Below are positions 8,295-18,500 of a stretch of DNA of 64,000 nucleotides, in pieces; position 1 is the first letter of the stretch; each line of letters begins with the position of its first letter. The position numbers and the translations under genes are program-made. Under the pieces are notes generated by a model that was given only the letters and a program-made list of their open reading frames with translations, was not told the origin of the DNA and did no database searches. Origin of the DNA: a virus; IMG/VR virus record IMGVR_UViG_3300045988_183322. One strand, 5' to 3'.

Positions 8295-8498
8295 ATGGAC
8301 GAGAAACGCCCGCTGGATATTCAGACTTTGGGAAGGTGGTTAGAAGAGAACAAAGTGTCTCGCACCGAACTCGCTTTACCATCGGAAGCAATCATTTTCA
8401 ACTGTACGATTTTTTCGTACAGTTGACTAAACCCTTCTTCATGATAAAGAATTTTCTTATTGATAAGAACTCTCTTGGCATTCTTCTCCACTAGGTGG
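8295..8498 (+). pseudogene. frameshifted remnant of an HTH-domain regulator gene (paralog of the 6721 N-terminus), GC-rich
   Basis: ATG 8295 gives MDEKRPLDIQTLGRWLEENKVSRTELAL, matching EPLVNILELGRWMTENQISRATLAS of 6721-7095. After a -1 shift near 8380 the frame continues IGSNHFQLYDFFVQLTKPFFMIKNFLID, matching AIGMNRSAIDNYFVRKKLPRHAQILIKRFMD. 8290-8400 is about 55% GC vs 30% for the genome. Confidence 0.45.
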
Positions 8499-10739
8499 TT
8501 CACTTCCCTTATAAACTAATTTCCATTCATCAATAGCTTCTTCATCAGAAGAAAACTTTTTATATCCTAATTGAGATGCATTTTTTGAATCACAAAAAAT
8601 TTCATCTGCTCTTAAAATTTGCCACCTTCTCCCATATTCGTCTTCGTATTCTCCCCCATCATATTCTTGTTTTTTGAACCAAGACGGTTTTTCTTCTTTT
8701 AAGATTGCCCTTTTTGCTCTCGAAGAATTTTTAAAAGGATTATATGGAGTCATCCATGTCATATTAACTTGCCACCCTCTTCCCGTGGCTTGTTGTATTG
8801 CTTCTAACACACTTTGATTCTCTTTATAAGTATTTTCCATGCCCAACGTAAGAATCCATTTAGCGCTTGTCCCTAAAGATGTATCTTTTTGTTGTAGACT
8901 TTTGAGAATGCTTACAGCGGAAGGTAAATCAACTCGGCAATTGATGAATGCATTAGTTCCATCTATTAAATTTGGCAAAGTGAGATATTCATAAATACCA
9001 CTTCCGTCAGTATTTTTAGCTTGCGGTCTTCCGCTCACATATATGCAATTCCCATCTTCATCTATTGGGTATCTAAATGTTCTTATAAAAGCATATCCAA
9101 AAGCATTACTTGCATATTTTACAAGAGGAAAAGGAGAATTAAACTCTTTCATTTTTTCTGAATGAAAAAGGAAATTATTTATATTTGATATCTTAGTTGT
9201 ATTATGCTTAAATTCAGTAAAACCACATCTCTCTCCCATATAGCTTAAAGAGGTGATATTACTGAAATCCATATCTATTTTTTGAAGTTTAGCGCATATA
9301 TAAGCTAACGTTGATGCAGAAGTGGAATTATGCCTCTTAATAATTAATTTTTTAAGAGATGTACAATTTCTAAATAAACTATTGATATTAGTACACTTCG
9401 GTAGGTCTACTATAGCTTCTTCAATCGAAGTACATGGATAAAACATTTCATTCGCTGTAGTACAATTTGGAAGATATAAACTAATTTTCTTTAAATTATT
9501 TGCGCCCCTAAACATTCTATTAGCATTCACTAATTTTGGGCATGAACTAACGAACTTTTCTAATGTATTTTCGCTTGGATATGTTAGATAATCAAATAAA
9601 GAAGTTCCATTTTCTAAATTATCAAGTTCCCAATCCCAAACTCCATTTTGTAAATCTGTTCTATAACTTTCATTAATATTTAGAATTTCACTTCTATTTT
9701 TAGCTGGAATATATTTTTCATATCTTTTTCTTGTGGTAATCCCCTTGCGAATATCACTAATTGTTTCTGTTGGTACTACAACATTAAAACTGTAAGATAT
9801 ATTCATAAGTCCATCAACATTTTCTTCAATACTAACACTATTTAATGTCGTATTATAAAAATTTATAGATGTTCGTATTGGAGCATTATTTTTAGATGGT
9901 TCATCATGTATTATTCGGAAGTCCTTCAATAAAGATTTTGCATTTCTTAAATATTCCGTAGTAAAATCTTTGCTTTTTAAATCACTTACGGTATTAATAG
10001 TTAAAGTACAATTCGATGAACTTTCTGCTTTATTAATTTTTGGGGCCAAAAAATTATTTGTACTATTTGGAATGTCTATTTTTCTTGAAAAAGTATATTT
10101 TATTTTTCTATCGATATTTAAGTCAATTGAAAAAGAAGATACTGGTTGATTAAATAATCCATCAGAGCTATATAAATTAAGTTTATAAGCTAATCCAATA
10201 TTTTTAGGCACTAAGCTTAAATTATTTTCAGCATCTTCTTTAATTTCTATTCTTTTCCCTTCAATATTACTTCCTGAAAATCCTAAATTATGATTTATTA
10301 AACCTCCAGCCTCAATAGAAAGAGAATAAGAATTAATGTAGCAATTATCAATTTTTAATCCGTATACATCATGTTTTTCTCCCATAGAAGCCATTTCGAC
10401 TGCTCTGATTAAATCATCATAATCATTTGTATCATTTAATAAAATAAAAATATTTATTGGAGAATTAATATCATTGAAAATTTGACGTTCTATCTCATTT
10501 GGAGAATTAAAAAAATATAATTCTTCATTTATTATATTATCTTTACCTAAAATTTCGATGGAAGTTTCGACCGTGGGGGCAGTCAGTACCTCTTGCCTTT
10601 TTTCGTAAGTACCAGATTGACTGATGGTTGATACATTCGTACTTACATTCACATCCAAAGATTGAACTAATGGAACATAATATTGTATTCCATCGTTCCC
10701 CCAAGCTACTAATATATCATCTCTTCTCGTAAATTTCAT
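8457..10739 (-). CDS. tail fibre / receptor-binding protein with BspA-type leucine-rich repeats
   Basis: Last gene of the tail operon. Repeated ...ANNLKKISLYLPNCTTANEMFYPCTSIEEAIVDLPKCTNINSLFRNCTSLKKLII... units are typical of the BspA-like LRR family. Confidence 0.55.
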   Translation of the reverse strand: MKFTRRDDILVAWGNDGIQYYVPLVQSLDVNVSTNVSTISQSGTYEKRQEVLTAPTVETSIEILGKDNIINEELYFFNSPNEIERQIFNDINSPINIFILLNDTNDYDDLIRAVEMASMGEKHDVYGLKIDNCYINSYSLSIEAGGLINHNLGFSGSNIEGKRIEIKEDAENNLSLVPKNIGLAYKLNLYSSDGLFNQPVSSFSIDLNIDRKIKYTFSRKIDIPNSTNNFLAPKINKAESSSNCTLTINTVSDLKSKDFTTEYLRNAKSLLKDFRIIHDEPSKNNAPIRTSINFYNTTLNSVSIEENVDGLMNISYSFNVVVPTETISDIRKGITTRKRYEKYIPAKNRSEILNINESYRTDLQNGVWDWELDNLENGTSLFDYLTYPSENTLEKFVSSCPKLVNANRMFRGANNLKKISLYLPNCTTANEMFYPCTSIEEAIVDLPKCTNINSLFRNCTSLKKLIIKRHNSTSASTLAYICAKLQKIDMDFSNITSLSYMGERCGFTEFKHNTTKISNINNFLFHSEKMKEFNSPFPLVKYASNAFGYAFIRTFRYPIDEDGNCIYVSGRPQAKNTDGSGIYEYLTLPNLIDGTNAFINCRVDLPSAVSILKSLQQKDTSLGTSAKWILTLGMENTYKENQSVLEAIQQATGRGWQVNMTWMTPYNPFKNSSRAKRAILKEEKPSWFKKQEYDGGEYEDEYGRRWQILRADEIFCDSKNASQLGYKKFSSDEEAIDEWKLVYKGSEPPSGEECQESSYQ

Positions 10740-11698
10740 TATTTATAATTTCTTGGAGCGTGGTTTTGATTAATTGATATATTTAAGGAATGATAATCAC
10801 CAACATTCCATACATGAGTCCATTTTTGAGTATTCCACCAATATGAATCATTTTCTATTTGTGGAATTCTAAAATTTTTATATCCGTATTGATGTTCCAA
10901 AAAATGAAGGCAACAAAGAAGCTGTTTCTTCTCTAAAGAAGGGATGTTTACAGATACATCTTGAAAATCGTATGTTTGTTCTCCTTTCCATGCTCGGACA
11001 GGATAGGATTCTTTGAAATCATTAATGTAATAATCAGGCGATAATTGTCTTTCAAATGGGGTGATGACTTCCAAAGGAAGAACATACTTTTTTCCTTCTG
11101 CTTTAGCCGCATCTACTATATCTCCATTATATTTTTCTATCAAATCTGTATCAATTACTTCATCAAGCATATAATAAAATACTTTATCTGAATAAACTAT
11201 ATCATATTTTTCAAGATTATTTTTTGTTCCATTATCATTTTCATCAAAAGTGCGCACATTTATAAAAAATGAATCTCTCCATTTTGTTATAGTTGAAGCA
11301 GTATCAGTGACTAAAGCTAATGATAAATTTATTCTCCCATTTTCTGCATTAGTTATTGTTAAATTATCTATGTATAAAAGCATTTCTTTCAGAATCCCAC
11401 TTGGGTCGATATAAGAAGATGGGGTCATCACCGTATTAACTTGATTCATTTTAAGATTGTGAATCATATTATCTGCCTCATCTTCTGATAAATCAAAAGT
11501 TAAATTAGCATTTATTCTAGTAGAGTTTACCCCTTGAGCTGAAATTTGATATGATTTATCAAAAATATTTGACGAGAATACCCCACAGAACCAATTAAAC
11601 TCTGCTTGGACAGGAACTAGTCTATAATTATAATCTTTTGATACTAAAAATCCTACTTTATTATCTTTATTATCGATTGGATTTAATGGGGTTGTCAT
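10739..11698 (-). CDS. tail tip / tail-associated protein (Tal-like position)
   Basis: Position between the distal tail protein and the RBP; ATGA overlaps at both ends. Confidence 0.35.
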   Translation of the reverse strand: MTTPLNPIDNKDNKVGFLVSKDYNYRLVPVQAEFNWFCGVFSSNIFDKSYQISAQGVNSTRINANLTFDLSEDEADNMIHNLKMNQVNTVMTPSSYIDPSGILKEMLLYIDNLTITNAENGRINLSLALVTDTASTITKWRDSFFINVRTFDENDNGTKNNLEKYDIVYSDKVFYYMLDEVIDTDLIEKYNGDIVDAAKAEGKKYVLPLEVITPFERQLSPDYYINDFKESYPVRAWKGEQTYDFQDVSVNIPSLEKKQLLCCLHFLEHQYGYKNFRIPQIENDSYWWNTQKWTHVWNVGDYHSLNISINQNHAPRNYK

Positions 11699-12564
11699 TA
11701 TACTATAGTTTTACTTCCTAAAAAATCTATTCCAAATAGTAAATAATCTGAATCAGAAATACTCGTGCTCAAACTATTTAATTTAGAATTCTTCAAAAAA
11801 TAGTCATTATTTTCATCAAATTTTTCTGATTGTATTCTCACTCCTAAAATTTCATTCCGCTGATTTAAATACTTTTCAATTAAATCTATATTTCCTCTAA
11901 ATGGGAAATCTGAAAGAGAAGAAGTATATCCAGATGCCGAAAATTGTTGATTTATTAGTGGAGATTCAAGAACAATCATTTTGTCTTTCCAATTTATCGG
12001 CCATCTTATAAGAACATTTTTCCTTTCAGAAAAATTCATAGTAAAAATTGCTTCATCATCAAATATATCTAAGTATGGGATTATCCTATCCATCTTAGGT
12101 ATTTCCTTCTCTTCTGTTTCCGAGTTTCTTTTAAGAATTGCCGTCCATTTCTCTGGGGCATAAACCTTTTTTCCCACGAATGATGCTGATAATAATGGAA
12201 TTTCTCCCGGGTTCAATGATAAAGAATACTCAGTCATTACTACATCAAAATTAGCCCCATTCACATTCATTAGTGTTTCGCCTTGGATTAAATCATCAAA
12301 AGATGCTTCTACTAATGCGGCGGTATGTTGACCTATGAAATAATCCAGCAATTTTTCATTGAATGTTAATGGTTTTTCTATAGAAAAGCTTATAGTTGGC
12401 GCCCCATTTGGAATAGTTTGTGATAATCCTCCTAATAAAGCACCTGTTGAATTAGAAAAGTCATTAGTCATCGATATGACATTAACATCTTTCCAAAAAT
12501 CGGAAATTTCCCCATTTTCTTCCCCAATGCAAAATATTATATTATTGATATTTAACGCATTCAT
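11698..12564 (-). CDS. distal tail protein (Dit-like position)
   Basis: Immediately downstream of the tape measure with start/stop overlap; size 288 aa. Confidence 0.4.
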   Translation of the reverse strand: MNALNINNIIFCIGEENGEISDFWKDVNVISMTNDFSNSTGALLGGLSQTIPNGAPTISFSIEKPLTFNEKLLDYFIGQHTAALVEASFDDLIQGETLMNVNGANFDVVMTEYSLSLNPGEIPLLSASFVGKKVYAPEKWTAILKRNSETEEKEIPKMDRIIPYLDIFDDEAIFTMNFSERKNVLIRWPINWKDKMIVLESPLINQQFSASGYTSSLSDFPFRGNIDLIEKYLNQRNEILGVRIQSEKFDENNDYFLKNSKLNSLSTSISDSDYLLFGIDFLGSKTIV

Positions 12565-15500
12565 TATGCCTTAGTCGTGTTCAACATGCCACCTACTCTT
12601 TTTTCCTCAAGTATAGTGCTTCGGACAACTTCCTTAATCCTTTGGGCAAGTCTTTGATTATCTTCTGATGTCTCGCCCTGTTGAGATTCTTGGGTTCCAC
12701 CTGTGCTATTGTCTGTTATATTGATTGTAATATTTCCAGTTGAAGTTTCGAAAGCTTCTTTGACAACTGTAATCATTTCATCAAATTTATCAATAAGCTT
12801 CGAAAAATCCATTCCAACAGGCCCAGAAGTTTGACTTCCTCCATCATTAGCAAATGATACACGGTTATTGTTCAAAGCATCTAAGAATGGCGTTCCAATG
12901 TTACGAGCGACATCTCTACTGATAACGTATTCGCCATTCATGGCATTTATAGGCGTAGTATCACGCCCAGCAGTTCCAGATGTAATAGGACCACCAGAAG
13001 CTCTCTGTTTTTCAAGCTTCTTCATGCCAAAAATTCCTCGAAGTATATTAACTTGGTCACTCCCTCTTGGCCCATTACCAAATGCCCCTTGAAACTCTTG
13101 AATTCCTTTCCCCCAAGATGAATTACCTCCACCAAAAAGTCCAGCTAATCCCCATGTGCTATTGCCTCCTATCCCGCCAGTAATATAATTAAGACCAATC
13201 ATAGCCCCCATGCCTATAATTGATTTCCACATGCTTTTCTTACGTTTTTTTCTTTCTTTCTCTAAAGCATCAGCTTGTTTCTGTTCTTGGTCTGCAAGAT
13301 TAAATGCTTCACGCTTATCAGCTTCCGTAGTTTGATTTTCTACTGTATCGGCATTTCTTCCATACGCAGAAATTCTCCAGCTCTCATTTTCTAATCCAAT
13401 CACTCCACCTGTGTCATTTTGCTTGATAACATCGTATTGACCAGACGTAAATGATTGAGTAGCAAATGATTTTAAATTATTTCTTCCTACAATCGAACCA
13501 TAACCATATTTTCCGGGAGAATAAAATCCATTATTTCCACCAGTATTGCTTTTACTTGTATCAGTAGGATAACCGCCATTATCTAAATACCATCTTTCCG
13601 AGTTTCTTCCTTTAACATAGCCACCAGTAGCAAACTTGCTGACTTTACCAGAATTGAGCATGTCTAAATAATCTTTACCAACTCTGGAAACTACGTCTTT
13701 CTTTAAAACATATTCGCCACCAGTCAATAAAGCTGGAACATCATCTCTTACGCCAGAACCTCCGACGACTTGGCCGCCCTCAGCAAAAAGATTAGTCAAC
13801 CAACTAAATATTCCTCCTCCCATACCACTTTGAGAAGAATAAATAGCGGGTGTCGATTGTTGACCCCCACTTCCTAATCCAGCCACCCCGCTAAACATAT
13901 TGGAAATTAAACTATTTAAACCATGCTTAATTATTTGGTTGGCTACATTCGTAACCATATCTGTCATAGCATCTTCGAAGCTTTTCGCGCCAGTAATAGC
14001 ATCTGTGAAAACATCAACAAAACCATCTTTAATTGTTCCAATCATTTTACCCATATTTTCTTCTAGCCGTTTGGCATCATCGGACATTTGGGCTAATGAT
14101 TCGCTCCAACCTTCGTTGAATGTTTTGAACTCCAATCTTTTATTAAATTGTTCTTGAATTTTTAATAAATCTTCTTTTCCTGCATCTCCTTTCTTCAACG
14201 CCTCTTCCATAGCCTGTTGATAGGTCATATTTTCATAACCTTTAATATTTTTAGGCCCTTCATTATTAATATTTACTTGTCGTTGATAAGAATATTTTTC
14301 TGCCGCTGTAGCCGCAGTGATAGCTTTATTTCCTATAATCGTAAATCTCTCTAAGAATTTTTGAGCTTCATTAACAGCCTTTTTGTAATTAATTTGTGCT
14401 TCTGTAGCTTTAGTGGTAGCATCATTATTTTTTAACAAATCAGCATTGGCCTTGCCAAGTGCATCAATTTGTTCCTCTGTTTTTTCTTTTTGTTTAGATA
14501 CTATTTCTGTGGCTTTAGTGGTAGCATCTGTTAAATCAGACATAGCTACCGCTGTTGTCTCTACATCTTCTATATAACCTTCAAATGGGTTCAAATCATC
14601 ATCAGAAGGAATGTCCGTTGGTCCTCCTGCATTAACAATTCCTATTCCATTATACGAAGTTTGAGAGTTTCTTTCTCGTGCAAGCGATTGAATAGAAGAA
14701 CCTCTTATATTTTCCAATTCTCTTGGATTTTTATCTACAATTTTATCTACGGCCTTATCAAATTCATTGATAGCCGTTTTAAATATCTCATTAAATTTCC
14801 CAAAATCATCAACTGAACTCTTAAAAATATCGGTTGATTTTAATCCCAATACTTCCTGTTCTGCTAAAGCTCTACCAATTATATTGGCTAATTCATCATT
14901 AGATTTTCTACTATCAAATTGTTGTACTATTTCAGCGCGTTTTCCGACATCTTCTATTCTATTAGTAGCCTCCAGAAGACTTCTCCGTTGTTCAAGATTG
15001 GCTTGAGCAACCTCCATTTGTCCAATAGCTAATTCTTTATTAGCTTTATTTAATAAATCAAAGCCTCGAACAACTTCTTTAACCTCATCCGGTAAAAGAA
15101 GTATATCTGATTCTAAATCAACATCTTCTTTTTCCATATTCAAACGCATTTTAGTGATAGCATCAGAAGTTTGTTTAATTTTTGCCGAGAAACTAGTAAG
15201 TTGAATATTGACTCTCTGATTTAATGCGTTTCCTAGTAAAGTAAATTGCTCTTGGAGCTTTTTAATAGATTCTTGAGCTTTTTGAGTACTTATATCATAA
15301 GTTTTCCCGTACATAGAAAAACTTTGTTGTCTTCTAGCATTCTCTTCGATAGAATTGGGCGTTACAATATTAAGAGTCTTATCAAAAGCTTTTTGTAATT
15401 CTGACAATAAACTTTGTGAGAATTTTGTAATATTATCTCCTTCAAAACTTCTCTTGCCACTAAGGGTATTTGTAACAGAAGGGAGATTTTTTAATAAACT

Positions 15501-18500
15501 TGGTAGTATATTTTGGACAGAAATCTTAGCTTGTCTATTGTTTAACTGTTCTTGAATGGCTTTTGACGTTTGCTCAGCGGCACTTAATTGAATATTAGCC
15601 GCTTTATATTGCATATCAGCACTTCTAAGTTCTTGTATAGCTAAAGCTAATCTTTGTCTATTCTCTTGTAGGGAAGCTTCTTCTTCCGCTTTTGCTATTT
15701 TCCCAATTAGAGCACTCACCTCTTGAATGTCTGAGAATCCCCCTTCGGAACGCCTAATTCCATTAACAATATTCATGAGTTCATCTCTATCTTGAGAAGA
15801 ACTGAGATTAGATATCCTTTGAACTACTTCTTTCTCAACTTCGGCAAAATATCTTTGCTGTTCCAACATTATTTTTCTCATATTAGATTCATAATCTAAT
15901 TGAGATTTTTGGGCTTCAATTCCAGTACTTAATGATGGGCTAATAGTTTTTCTTGCAGAAAGAATTGTTTGCTGTATTGTATTATTATAATCAATATTTT
16001 TAATTCTTGCTGTGAACTCATTAATTTGAGTTTCTAAATTATTTAATGCTTCTTTGAATCTTGTACTAGAAAAATATTTGTCGAATTCACCTAAAGCTGT
16101 TGAAGCCTTATTTATAGAATCTTTTAATTCTTTTGATGCAGTTTCTAAATCTTTATTTTCAATCGTCCTAAAAAAATCTTTGGCTTTTTGTGCCGCTTCA
16201 TGATTTAAGTTTTGAAATTGCTTACCCCATTTTCCTATCTCAATGAATATATTTTGTATTTCATTAGCTGATGTAGCTTGGTTTATTTTTCTAAGAGTTT
16301 CATCAAGGTTATCTTTCGAAAATCCAGAGCCTAAACTTGTTAAATTTTCTTTCAAAAATTTTGCGGCTAATTCCCTTATGGAGAGGATATTAGAAGTCCT
16401 TTCTCTTAATATATTTCTTTGCTCTATAGAGCCTTGAGCTTGAATCTTCTCTGCCGCAGAACCATAAATATTTTTTCTTATTAGAGATGAATCTAATTCT
16501 GTTGGAATATTATTTAATATTGATGTCTTTTTTAATATATCTCCTATGTCAGATATAAAATTCTTAATCTTAGTTACTATACTAATTTGTATCTCTCTTA
16601 TTTTTTTGGCATCTTTATCTGATATCCCTAGTTTTTTTAATTCATCCTCTCCCATTATTGGAGCCTTTTTTAAAAATTCTACTAGGCTCCTATAAGCCCT
16701 ATCAGATGATAATGCGGCCTCATCTCTATATTTTTTAGTTTCTGTAAATGCTTCTATTAATTTATCAACTTCTGCGGCATAAATTATATCTGCTTCATTT
16801 GATATTTTTTTTAAATATTCAGGAATCTCTGCTATTCTTCCAGAAGTTCTTAATTTTGTTATTTCTTCTTGTACCTCTTGAGATTGAAGTTTTTGCGCTT
16901 TTCTCTGTTGAATATATATATCTGCCGCTAATTTTGCTGAACCAGCGTTATCTCTAAGAGATTCATAACTGATATTTCCTCGCGTACTATAAGTTGCCCC
17001 AGCCCCAGCATAAGGCCCAAGTTCTGCCGTTATTGCCGTTCCTTTATACACGTTCTCCCAATCGCCTTGCTCAACAGCCTTCGAAATACGGTTTTTTATA
17101 CTTTTATTTATTTCATTTTGAAGTTCTGGAGTTATTCGAACTCTAGACCATTGATTAGTTATCCGAACATTTTTCAATACTTCATCTAAAATAGCATTTG
17201 TTAATGATTTAGGTGTCCCCACAGAAGATTTTAGAACTTCTTCTATTGATTTATTGATAAGTTCGTCCCCTGTTTTTACCTCTTCATATGCCTTTTTATC
17301 TTTAGTAATATTAGAAACTCTATAATTTTCTATAGCTTTCTCAATATTCTTTGCAATATCTTGACCTGAAATTCCTTCTGTAGCTTTAGCTGATTGAATC
17401 GCTAATTCTTCCAAAGATTTCGCCGCTCTATCTGCGGGCGTTTCTAACAGTCCAAATGATTTTTTGAATCTATTTATAATAGAATCTTGCCATCTGTCTG
17501 GCATTAGTTGCCAAGCAGTTGCAACCCAACCTATAATTGGTAAGAATTTAGTAAATGCTCCAATAACCCCTTTCAGAACAGGCCCAAGAGTTTTGAAACT
17601 ATTAAGAATGAGGGAAATAGTTTTTGTGTCGCCAGCTCGCCAAGACGCCATATTAGACTTTCCTATTTCCCTCGCTTTACTAAATCCTCCAAGAAAACTT
17701 TTTGCTGATTCCAATGGAGCATTTATCACATCTTTTCCAGACATTCCAAACCCAAAAGCGGAAGAAGCCATTTTCATTGTGATAAAAGTAGAAAGCGCTT
17801 TCCCTAGTTTAGAAAAAACAATTGCTGTAGTACTAGCTCCTTCTGATACATCTAATAATGCTCCATTTAAGAAAGAAGCGGCTATAGACCATTTTATAAG
17901 TCCTGTCAAACTTTTTTCTCTTTCCACAGAATCTTTAGATATAGCTTTTGATAAGTTCTCTGTTGAACCAGCGGCCTTATCTGCTACTCCGCTCAGAGCA
18001 TTTATTTTATTTATAACACCTTTCGTTATATCTCTTGTTATAAATGCTTCTCCAATTGGATTAAACTTGCTACTTTCTCTAATACTTCCCTTCGCGAAAT
18101 TTTTAGAGTTAGTAAGTTCTTTTATTTGATTCCTATTTAATATTTTGTATTTCCCATTTCCAGCGTCAACAATAAGTTCGTCAGTATTAGCGACAACAGT
18201 TTGTTTTATTCCATCTAATGGAAAATTATTCATAATGACGGGAGAAGCATTTTTTCTAGCACCACCTATCCCCATTTGAATAGCTTTTTGTTCTTTAACA
18301 AAAGCATTATCTCCGCTTGCTCTATTTTTGACAAATTTTCCCTTTTGATATGCCCCGATATTAGCTTGAGAAACATTCAATGTTGTCATTGAAGTCATTG
18401 TCGCCGCAATTTCAGCGTATATTTTTGCTAAAGTTTGACTTTTGGCAACTTCTGCATCAAGAAGAGAAATTACTTTTTGAGCTTGAGCCGTTCTACTAAT

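Noticed and set aside
8321-8503. 60-aa minus-strand ORF
   Set aside because: Antisense to the frameshifted HTH remnant whose homology is on the plus strand; likely spurious.
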